Shown: piece by piece, positions 25,501 to 37,500 of the stretch
Position numbering within the stretch: position 1 is the stretch's first letter
Layout of the letters: each line of letters opens with the position of its first letter
Assembly: GCF_040938485.1 (NCBI RefSeq)
Contig: NW_027272118.1
Coordinates: 620,001-684,000, forward strand
Direction: 5' to 3'
DNA: 64,000 nt
DNA from: Diadema antillarum
Lineage: Eukaryota
Program-made: the position numbers and the translations under genes
The notes under the pieces: model-generated
What the model saw: only the letters and a program-made list of their open reading frames with translations
Told to the model about the DNA's origin: nothing
Databases searched by the model: none

Positions 25501-28500
25501 TGTGGGTTCCACGCGCTGAGATTGAAAGAAATAATATCTTCACTATCTATGTCATCTTGTGATACTTTGCCTTGGCATTTTGATAACAATGTGCGAGCTG
25601 GAGCAGACTGTCACCAGTTTGAACCAAGCAGACACTTGACACCATATCTATGTGCAGGCATTTCAAGCAGTAAACTGTTGAGTAAGATATGGACGGATTA
25701 TCCAAGATATCTGACAAGCACAGACATAATATTTCACATTAGATCTATTCAAAATGGCTGTATTACAACAGAGGTTTTAATTGCAGATGGTGATGTTAGA
25801 CAAGGGTTAGTGATGTTGGCCTCTGGGCGAGGGCAAGGTAAACCTTGCATGATATGCTCCCTTAAAGCCTGAAGCGGTTAGGGATGAGACCCTCAATCAG
25901 CGGTGGGCTGACTCACGCAGCTCTCATCACTAGTTCCTGCCCAAATTACGGCTCGCTAATGCGTCACCTAGACAAGGTATCCCCTCTTCGTAGTGCCCTA
26001 GACTCCCCCTTGAGAACCTTTCACGCTTGCAATCGATGCTATCTTTACAAGAGATCATGTGACTCCATCACAAAAATTCCCGTTGCCATGGCAAACTCGG
26101 CAAACAGAGTCAAGCGCCAGTTACTGTACTACCGAGCTCTGTTGACACAGAATACCTGCCTCACTTGGTTGATTGTCCTTGCAAAAATTGGTTAATTAAC
26201 CCTTGAGGACGAGTCCCGAGTATATTCGGGCAAGTTTCTATGGAAATACGTGTTCGTAGCAAAATTAGCCCGTCCTCAACAAGTTAAAGGTATGTCACAA
26301 TTCTACACGTTGTGTATTGCTACTTTTGTCTTATGTCAAACATGTGTCTGGGAACAAGAGTGCAATATTTATAGGGTGCATTTTTAGTAAATGTTTCTGG
26401 CTAGAAATACAAGTTTTCAAACCATGTTTTGTGGTTTACATTTTACCATAAATGGTAGCCATGGTTAAAAACATGGTTTTGAAATGCACTGTGGATGTGC
26501 GATTCAAAACCATGTTTCACTATCAAAAGACAAAGTTTTGAAATCTCAAACACAGTTAAAATGTTGTCATAGTTAGGCACCATATTTGACCAAATGCCAA
26601 AGGACAAGATGGGCAAAAAGGAAATCTGAGTCCAAGTGAGCCTCGCCAGAAACATCTTCAGGAAAAAATCGTATAAACGCTCCTATGTCAAACCATGTGT
26701 CAAAACCATGTTTCAAAATCATGTTTTAAAACCATGTTTCTTGGCACGCAAAATCTTACAAACGCAGCCCTAGACTCATGAAGAAGACGTTAGTGAGAGT
26801 ATCACCACAGGGAAGGGGCTGTGCACTGAATTACAAATACTGTACATGGTGTCTAGGTTTAGTCACTAAAGTTAGATGGGAGGGGGTGGGGTTTATTTCC
26901 TTGGATCAGAGGAGGACAGAATACAGATTCCCATCGCACTCCTTGCTCAGTAATCTCATAATTTGAGGTGAATTAGTCTCAAGCTTCTCTATCTTGGCAT
27001 GGCTGCTCGCGACAAAGTCCCCCTCCGGTGAAAACCCCTCATTAAATCATGTATCACTTCAACATGTGTCACAAGCTATGAGTCCCAATTTTTCCAAACC
27101 ACAGAAAATGATGAATGAAGATGAATGACACTGTGATAGAAAATGAACTTCAAAATCTAATTGCCAACACAATGAGGTAGGAGAATTTGAGTTCAGCCAG
27201 AAAAGTGTCTATTCATCTTACAATTTAGAAAATGCAACAAGTACACACATTTAGCAGAGTCATTTAATTGGCTTACTACTAATTCAATTAATCAACCACT
27301 CATTAATTTTTTGCGAACTCAGTACAGGTGGCTTATGGGAAGTGACAACCATGAAATGTATTTTCCATTGTCCTCTTGTTTGATGAGCAAAACTTTAATG
27401 TTGTAATTTAGTACAGCACTGTATCATACAGAAAGATCAGAAGGTATTTAAAAGCAGGGACAACATACACATTGCCAATGATAACCACTACTGCAACTCC
27501 CACAAATACTTGATGCTACATGTACATGACAATCAAACTGCTACAGGTAACCACTACTAAAACAACTACTACTGCTACTTCTACTTCTATCACTCCACTG
27601 CTACAACTACTGAACTACTTTTTCTCGAACAACTCCTACTTACTGTAAATGGGGAAACGTTCACATAGTAACACTACAGTGTTACTCTACACTGCAGGAC
27701 ATCACAGAAATGCATATCTGGGGACTTTACTGGATTAGTTTGACATTCTTATGACACTTCACCTTCCCTCAAAAAAGAAAGAGAAAGGTGACAAATATTA
27801 AGACATGGTTACAGTGTGAGTGGAAAGAGCATCAACTGGAAAGCAGTTTATCATGAACAAACCTGCAATCAACATTTATGAGAGTTTTCTCACCTGGAGG
27901 AGGAGGGCAACCGTCTCTGCAAAGCCCACCACGTACATGGCGATGGCGATCGTGTTGGCGACCGAAAAGATCAGGCCGATGGCGCCGCCAAACTCCGGTC
28001 CCAGGCTGCGTGATATCATGTAGTACGCACCACCTTGGTGTGTGAAAGAGAAACGGTGTGACAGATTGTTCAACATATGATCCTGGTGAATATAAGGTAG
28101 AACGTTTCTCACATATATTAAAATACATGGATGCAGATGTTTCTACTAAAGGCGATTTTTGTGTGTATGCGTTGTTTGTTTGTTTGTTGTTGTTTTTTTG
28201 GGGGGGTCTGCATTTTCTGTCTTGTAAAATGTACCAGTGCTGGTTGATTGGATCTACATATTCTGCACATTAAATGAATAACTACACATTCTGGATAAAT
28301 AGCAAAGCCAACAAGATTGCGTCACTGTATTAAGAAGTAGGATCTGCTAATTCTGACAATCTATATATAACCATGATTTTATATAATTCAACAAAATATT
28401 AAGAGAACTCTACAAAATTTCTTTTTAATTAATAATGAAAAAAAAATTTCTTCCACAAGTTACTAACATATGCTATGGGTAATACTGTTCCCCAAAAGCC

Positions 28501-31500
28501 TTCTGAAATAGGTTATGATATAAAGTCAAGTGTTATCTCATTATGCTAAAAATATAATAATATATAATATGTTGATCCTTTTCTATATCTTTGTCCTATA
28601 GTGACACTACAAATTGTTGTAAGTCTTCTTATCCAGTGACGGCGGTACCAAAACTTATAAAGATTCAAAACTTTTGAACAGATTGTCTGTTTTCCTTCAA
28701 ACTTCACTGATTTAGATGTACAGGTATTATGATACAACTTGTATCTCTGCATTTTTATGCCATTTACATACATATGTAATTTGGGTTTCCTTCCCTTTTA
28801 TATTACAGAACATGCAAACTAGACAAAGGTTTCTAGCGACAAATAAAGTCATGGAGGATCTTTGCTGTTGTACATCACCCCTGTTTTAGACCACTTTATC
28901 ATGCACTGATTTTTATAGCTTTGTGTAAGATACCAAAGTACAGGTGTAAAGCTCTTGAGCTGGCAAACTCAAACTGAACACTAATCACTGACTGAAAGCA
29001 CACAGCCATTGCACCGTAAGTAGGACTTTAAAGCGTCAGTGACAATAATGCTGTGTTGGCTTGCTGAAATCGCTTAATTGGACCTTCGCGGTGCTCGACT
29101 TGTATGCTAATCAAATCCTGACAGAGTCCACTGCTTGTTAAATACACTCTCTCTACACTAGCTTCAGAATCTGCAGTTGCTTGCTCGCTCCGCAGATCTA
29201 GTTCAGACACAAATTATAGAATGCATTGTGGCTAATTGCTCAGCGAGCGTTCCCTAATAACGCTTAATTTGATACTACTCTCTTTTAATACTACTCAGTC
29301 TGATGTTTTGGTTTGAAATCTGACAAATCGTGAATTTGCCGATATTCAATCAATGCCCTGGGTCAGGTAATAGTGAAGTGATGGAGAGTCAGAGCTGAAA
29401 CCTTTCTAAAAACTATATTACTGTATATTGACATACACCGTACGTAGAAACATCAAAAGAGAGAATACGGAAGAGACAGACAGAGAGACAGACATAAACA
29501 GATAGACGGGTAGAAAGAAAAAGACAGTTCAAGGGCAGTCAGGGAAAGAGAAATATACAGACAGAAACAGAAAGACACACAGACAGAAAGAGAAAGACAG
29601 ACAGACAGGCAGATTTACAATGTAACTGATGTTCAGAGTCTCCTGCCTTTAACTTTCTGGAGGTATCATATTCTATCCTTACTACTAAAATATGCATTCA
29701 ACATACACAGGCTGTACATCAAACATAAACTGCTATATAGATTTTTTTTTTTTTTTTTTTTTTGGGGGGGGGGCAGGTATGAAGTATTTTGCCATTAGAA
29801 TCTTGCATCCTGCAGAAAACTTCTTCATCATCACGCACTGAGCTACACAGATCACTGCATACGGTAAAGAAACCCATTTTTCCACTATCGATACATGCAG
29901 TGTGTGCACAAAAGCCCCACGCACTCTCCGTAGATGAATATCTTTGTCACAGAGCTGTCGTCAGAGCATATCAGGCAGGGCTTATGTAATCAGTGATGTC
30001 ACACGGGGGGAAAACTATTTAACATTTAGGCTTGCCCCTGGCAAACATCTGTATTAAATTGAATTGTCTACATCCATTACACCCTCTTCAGGACTCCAGA
30101 AGTTGAAGCACAGTTTGTGACAATGTATCGCTCCAACAAGAAATGTTTCAGTGTTTGTCCGTCTATCGGTGTGTGTTGTACACGTGATACGTTTCGACAA
30201 ATTGAGAGCTGAATTAAATCTAATTGCGACAGTCAGGAAGGTTTAACCTTGATGAAATTAAGCATAAATTTATCTCTGCTGCTTTTCGGAATTCAACAAA
30301 ACAGCTGCTCCTCAGCTTCAATATTGAGTTAATGTTTCAGAACTCATTGGCAATCAAGCATCTAATTCATTAAAGAGGGGCAGTAAACAGCTCTCACTCA
30401 GAAATAAGCAAGCATTGGATTATGCTCCTTACAGGCACAAATAAGCTGTCCAATTACAAGCATATCTCCACACTCAAATTATGGATGCAGTGTAACACTT
30501 TCACTATTTAAAACACCTAACATTTTTCAAAGGTGAAATAATAGAAATATAGAATCAAAGAAACATTTTGTTTCATGCTGCTAAAAGTGGATTTTTGATA
30601 CGATTTCCTTTACTATAGATGATTTTAAAGGGATGGTACAGTATTGGTGGAGATGAGAACTGGGCTTTTAACTTTTTGCGAGATACCAAGAAAACACTAC
30701 AGTAGATGATATAGTAGAGAGCATACCATTTTAAGAGAAATTCAAAGTTTACTTGATGAAAATTGGGTTGGAATGACTGAAACATCTAAAAACAAAGTAA
30801 AACAAAGCGATCGTAATAAAGTGTGGGTCCCACACTTTATTAGAATCGCTCTTTTGGATATCTCAGCCATTTCAAAACCAATTTTCATCAAATAAACGTT
30901 GAATTCCTCATAGAATTACATGCTCTTTCATATTTCATGAGAGGTTTCTCATTATCTCACCAAAAATGTTAGAAACCTGAAATTAGGTCTCAACCAAAAC
31001 TATACTATCCCTTTAAAATAAATCAGTACGTCTAATCATACAGGGCTGCTATTTTTCTATGAATATGTAAATGGCTGCAAAACTTCTTTTCCTTAATGTG
31101 ATCCTGATAAAAGGTGAGATCAACCTTTTATTAAAGAAGATGGTTTTGTTTTACTTTGTTTTTGGATGTCTCTGCCATTTCAAAACAGATTTTCATCAAC
31201 TAAACTTTGACCTCTTCTTAGAATTGTATGCTCTTTAACATTTCATAAAGTGGTTCTCAAGTACTGCATGTATTTCGCGAGTCTAATTTTTCGCGAATCG
31301 GGACTTCCCGACAATTTCGTGAGTGGTTAAATTCGCGATCATGGAGCTCTGTACTGAATGCACGTAATCCTATATGCAGGGCTCGACACTAACTTTTCTT
31401 TTTGGTGGCCCGATCGGGCCACCAAAATCATGAATATGTATTTTTTGGTTGCCCGAAAGTAATATCTGGTGGCCCAAAAAAAAAATCAAGAAAAACATGA

Positions 31501-34500
31501 AAAAACTAAATCGGTCCTACTAAACATAGAAACATAAATATTAAGCATTACTGAAGTAATACAGGTACCCATGTCCAACATTAGTGAATAGAAAATTCAA
31601 TCATCTTACTGTTATTCTGAGTTCTAAGATTTAGCAAATAGGCTTATAGATTATATTTAAATTTTATGCTATTTTCGTGGTCAAAACTTTTGTTTGAAAT
31701 GCGAAAGTGGGAGCATTTACAGACATTTGTAAACATCCGACTTTTGTTTTAGCATTGTAAAGAGCCGCAAGTTACCGTTATTCATTTCTGATTGTAAAAG
31801 CAATCATCCAACACTTACTAGTATTTTAGCACCTTACAGAGCCGATTGTTACCGTGAATCATTTTTAAATGTAAAAGAAAACAACCGACATTCATTTTAG
31901 CATCTTCAATACGAAGCTGAATGTTATCCCTATTCATTTCCAAACATGAAAGCAAATACCGTAAAGTTCCGTGTATAAGACGCACTAATTTTTCGTCGGA
32001 AAACATTGAAAATCGGGGGTGCGTCGTATACACGGGTACAGTCGAATCACGGAAAAAAATCCGTCATGTACACCCAATTTTATAAGGCCAACTTGGGGCC
32101 ATGTATGCCCATCGACGTTTGGAAGGTAAGCAATCACTAAAACTTACGGATAAATGAGCGATCTTTCAATCTGGACACACACAAAAGCTGCAAATACGAG
32201 ATAAACTTACATCGGCCTTGTGCAGTAACGATGTATCAATCTGGCCATAGACAACAGCTGTAACAGCACTGCTGTATGCTACCGATGTCAGTCTACCAAG
32301 CTACCAACAGCCAACCTAGTAGCTGGAATACGCGATGTACAGGTATCATTACTAAATTACCGATACTGTAAAACTTATCAATGTACTAGTATCAATATGG
32401 CCTTAGACAAAAGCTGTAAAATACGGAGTAGGATCGACACTATGTCACCGTAAATATGAACGATGTGTGAAGCATGCATGCATAATATCCATGTCGTTCG
32501 TTTGCTCTTCATTTCACGAGGCCAGCTAGGATAGCATAGCTACACTGTAGCTAGCTAGCTAGCTGGCATTTCCAAGCCTTTGGCAAAGGCAGCAGCTGTG
32601 CAGAGAGGCTTTTGCAATGGACTCGCGTGCACACAGCGATCGGATCGTAGCGCGCTTGCCCGTTGCGCGCTGTGTGTGCAAGTCCATTGCTCTCTGTGAG
32701 CGTGTGCTGAAATTATAGCGAGCTGCCTTTTGCAAAAGGCTAGCACTGTGCATACAAGCATGGTACAAGAGACACATGTTACTGGTAATCCTAAACAACA
32801 GTGAGTGTAATTACCGTACGCACCGTACGTCTCACCGTATGATCCCTCTGCTACACTTGTTGATGTTTTTCTTATTTTTCGTAATGAACCTTCCAGTCTG
32901 ACATGCGTCAATATGCGAGACACCCTCTGCTATATATGACAGCAAAGATCGTACTGTACACTCATGAGTACGATATGCATGACACATGTACCACGATTGA
33001 AAGGTGAAACAATAGCAAGTGAGTACTGAGACAAGTCTCGCATTTTGCGTTTTCCATATTTTGCCGATGTCCGATGAATACCGTTAAAAGAAAGTATAAA
33101 AGAAAATGAAAAATAGAGCAAATACATGCTGCATTCTAGGGAAATTTTGAGCTGAAATAACATGTATGACACACGCAATATTTGCGTGGAAATTTTAGGT
33201 TTTTTTTTTTTTTTAATTTTAGGTCCGAAAGTAGTGGTGCGTCTTATACACGGGTGCGTCTTATACACGGAACTTTACGGTATGCGCTATTCATTTCAGC
33301 ATCTAACTGAACCGATTGAAACCGTTAATCATTTCCAAATGTAAAAGCAACAATCTGTTATTCATTTCCAAATTTAAAAGCAAACATCCGGCATTTATTT
33401 CATCATCGTACGGAGCCGAATGTTACTGCTGTCCACTTCCGAAAGTGAAATGAATCATCTGACAATTATTCTAGCATCATACGGAGCTGAATGTTACCGT
33501 TTTTCATTTTTAAACGTCAAGGCAGACATCAGACATTTATTTTACCATCAAACGCAGCTGAATGTTACTGCTATTCATTCCGAAATGTAAAAGCAAATAT
33601 CCGACATTTATTTTAGCATCGTATGGAGCATAGTGTTACTGGTATTCACTTCCAAACGTAAAAGCAACAATCTGACATTTATTTTGCCATCTTCTGGAGC
33701 CGAGTGTTATTGCTATTTACTTTCAAAAGTAAGAGCAAACATCCAACATTATTTTGTTTAATCATCGTACGGAGTTGAATATTATTGTTATTCATTTCCG
33801 AACGTCAAAGGGATCATTCGATGTTTATTTTAGCATCTTCCGAAGCTGAATGTTGTTGCTATTTACTTTCGAAAGTAAAAGCAAACATCCGGCATTTATT
33901 TTCTCATCTTACGGAGTTGATATTATTATCATTCACTTCCGAATGTCAAAGCAAACATTCGACATTCATTCCAGCCGCGGAGCCGAATGTTATCCCTATT
34001 CATTTCCGAAAGCAAAATCAAATATCTGACATTAAATTTAGCACTGTACAGAACTGAATGTTACCGTTATTCATTTCCAAAAGTATAAGCAAACATCCGA
34101 CATTTATCTTAGTATTATACGGAGTCGAATATTACCGTTATTCATTTCTAAAATAAAAGCAAACATTGACATTTATTTTAGCATCTTACGCAGCCAATTG
34201 TTACCACCGTTCATTTCCAAAATTAAAGGCAAACATCCGACTTTTTTGGTGGCCCAATCGGGCCACAAAAATCAAGTTCATTTCTGATATTTTGGTGGCC
34301 CGACGTGCGTTTTTGGTGGCCCTGGGCCACCGGGCCACCGTTAGTGTCGAGCCCTGCTATATGTGTGTGTCACATTCATATCAGGATGAGAGTCATTATT
34401 TTGCGTGTCTTTAATTTCGCAAATAGCACCTGACTCGCGAAATTCGCGAAAATAAAAACCTCACGAAATATTCGGCGTATACAGTATCTCGCAAAAAGTT

Positions 34501-37500
34501 AAAAGCTGAATCCTCACCTCAACCAATACTATATCCTCCCTTTAAGCCTTTTTCTTTTGCTTTTTTTGTGGGAGGGGATGTTTCTAGAAAATTGTTGAAG
34601 GAGCACCTCTTTTCTCTTTCTTTCTGTCTCTGTCAAACTGCACTTCTCTTTCACTTAATAATTCTGATTTCACTATTAGTAATTTACAATAATGAATAAA
34701 ATAACACTTGTGAAAAATATGGAAAACATGAAAACATTTGACAGACTGGGCAGATCAAACTGTTTGACTGCACAGGAAGCATAATCTCCAGGCCACTGGC
34801 TTTCACGTAGTCACGCGTACTCAGTATTTAGTGCTTGATAAAATCAATACACTAAATTGAATTGAGTTGCATTGAATTGAATTGAATTAAATTTAAATGA
34901 ATTGAATTGAATTGAATCGAATTGAATTAAATTCACTTGAATTGAACTGGAATGATCTGAACCAATATTACCCAACTCATGGCATGCCTGATTCATGGAT
35001 AATTCTGTCATTAATTCTGTGTAATTCTTTTGCCCGCTTAACAGCATTTTATAAGTGAGTCGAATGTTTCAGATAAACCCGAGACATAAACGAATAGTTG
35101 CTAGGTAGGAAAAACTTTCCTGTTGTCAAGGAACATTCATTGTTCTCGGGTTGTGCGTAACAGTAGAGTACATTGCAAACCCCCCTTTATCAAATCAATA
35201 TATCAATATTGAATCGAGTGGTATGGCGTGGAATGGAATTGAGATGAATTGCATGGAATTCATTTGCAACTGAAATTGAAATGAATCAAATGGCGCTGAA
35301 GCTGTTTAGCCCTTACTTTGCTTCGGTCGCTATTTGGTATGGGTGTCTGAAAACTAATATTGTCAGTGAATAGAGATCACCTAGTCTGTACATTTGCTTC
35401 ATCCATTTTGCGTCACCATGGCCTTCCTGTTGGCCTGAGGCACATTGCTACATCTGAGTAGGCTTCAAGCTAATCTACAACAAGGTGAAGTTTGGATGGA
35501 CTACTGAATGATGATTGAAAACGCTTGGCAAGTTTTACCCTACATGCCTGGGAATACAAAGGATTGATTATTGTGAAAGGTATCCAGGGGGATAAAAAGA
35601 CCGATGAAAAGGGATGGATGAAGGGCAGCGGAAATGTGGTGTTCACTCACCCCCTTTGACCTCTCCGTTGGTGCAGATGGCCGACATGGAGAGAGTGGTC
35701 AGTGTGGTGACCATTGCTGACAGCAGGACAATGATGCTTGCATACACTGTGGGAGGCACAGAAGCAAAATAATCGAAGTGGTTTAACATTGATGCAAGAT
35801 GGGCATGTAATACTACAATTTTTTGTCACAAACAACCTCAAGTGGAGATTTTCTAGGTATTTTCACTTGCACGTTTGTACAATGTTCCTCAGAAGCTATC
35901 TGTGAAGAACATTTTTTTTTCTTTCTCCTTTAATAATCCATTGAGCCCTAGATCCCATATTGTTGCGGTTTGGTGCTGCATCTTATTCTTTGTATCTACT
36001 AGGAATTCATAATTGGTATTTCATAGGTTAGATAACAAAATATTTGTCTTTTATTTGAGCCATATGTTGGAAATTGTTTGGGGTTTTTTTCTGTTGCTAA
36101 ATCATCCCAAGCCTCTAAATCTCATAAACTCAAAAGTCACCCTTTTTGCAATATTAATACTCTAAAAAATTGTTTATTTTCTTTTCTCATTTTGTGCAGA
36201 TAAAATGAATCTTACAGTTCTATTCAATCTTTGTCAAATACATCCAATGTACATTTAAAAGTTAATTCAATGTTGCCAAGGACTACATAATAACAGCAGC
36301 AAAAGACTTAGTTTGGGGTAAAAAACATGCTTTTCATTTCCTTCTATTTCTTCTGACTCTATACACGATTCAATGTGGCTGCATGTCTTTATAGAGGAGA
36401 AATATTATACCATACTATCACACACTGCCACCAAATTTTGTGGTTACATAAATATCACACAGTATTATAACACACAATGGCATGAGCACACACACACACA
36501 CACACACACATTGTTTAAAAAAACTAAACATACTGATAGATGACTGTGTGCATTTAATTATCCACATTTCTATTTTTCTTCTTTGTTTTTAACCTGTGGA
36601 ACATGGACATAATAAGGCTTAGTTGGTAGTGTACCTACATGTACGCTCTTTATTAAAATGTAATCAAAGTATTGCAAGTACTTTATCAGAGCAACACATA
36701 GAATGATTACAGTACTGCAGTGGAAAGCACAAGTATGATTACTTTTAAACACTCTCTCCATCACATGTACAGTAAACTATTGGCAACGACGCGTCGGCAA
36801 CCAGGTCCTTGTACAGGCAAGGTGAATTCCTGCCTATATCCAACTGATCATTGATTCATTACCACCCCTGGCATGCTAACTCAGTCCACACTGTGACTGC
36901 ATAGATTACATGCTTATCCCAGACAAGGCCACGTTACGCTGTGATGATGAGGTTAGTCTACTAAAATTGCACGGGGCTTTTAAAAAGCAGTCAAGCAGGT
37001 CTTCACACACATTTGTCCATCAGAACATAGTAACTATGACTACACAAATACATGTTATCATCAGTTATCCTGCATCCCTCACAAACCTTCTCAATACTGC
37101 CTCTTGTGTCACTTTTTTCAAATTGTGAATATTCTATGTAAAATTTGAAAAAAAAAAGAAAAAAACTTTCCCCCACATTTATCATTTATAAACAGAACAC
37201 AGGGTCCCTCTTATACTACATTATGTAGCTTCTGGACACTAGCTGTTCTAAATGCATAGAAGCAAACATTGTTTCAGCATTAAAAAAAAGAAAGATATTT
37301 TTTACACCTGTACAAACATTCTATGGATTTGTCCACTATGGGTATCTTTTACCTTCAATTGGTCAACTCTGAGGTCAAAAATTACTACTGGCATGTCCAT
37401 CACTCCAAGCACCTATTGTATACAATGTACATTATCCACCAACAAAGTGAGCCCTGCCTTATCTCTACAAAAGCAGGCCCCTTTCAAAAATGGTGTGTAA

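Larger units (their letters stand above)
31377..34356. mobile_element. Non-autonomous DNA transposon with 17-bp TIR and 7-bp TSD (P-like or atypical hAT)
   Basis: CTATATG|CAGGGCTCGACACTAAC ... GTTAGTGTCGAGCCCTG|CTATATG; GGTGGCCC subterminal repeats. Confidence 0.88.
31264..34484. mobile_element. TA-flanked MITE (TTCGCGAA family), split by an insertion
   Basis: TA|CTGCATGTATTTCGCGAG ... CTCACGAAATATTCGGCGTATACAG|TA. Confidence 0.75.
31135..34541. mobile_element. Partial second copy of the 30629 Kolobok MITE, host of a nested stack
   Basis: Left part 31143-31261 and right part 34487-34541 (...TATCCTCCCT|TTAA) join at a TA into the 30629 family sequence. Confidence 0.75.

Noticed and set aside
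25522-26195. Two consecutive + strand ORFs (116 and 103 aa) suggesting a nested gene
   Set aside because: No recognisable domain, no convincing splice structure, and composition like the surrounding intron.
31730-34240. Regularly spaced repeats resembling a CRISPR array
   Set aside because: Eukaryotic context, the whole unit is repeated with no unique spacers, and there are no cas genes; it is a minisatellite inside a transposon.
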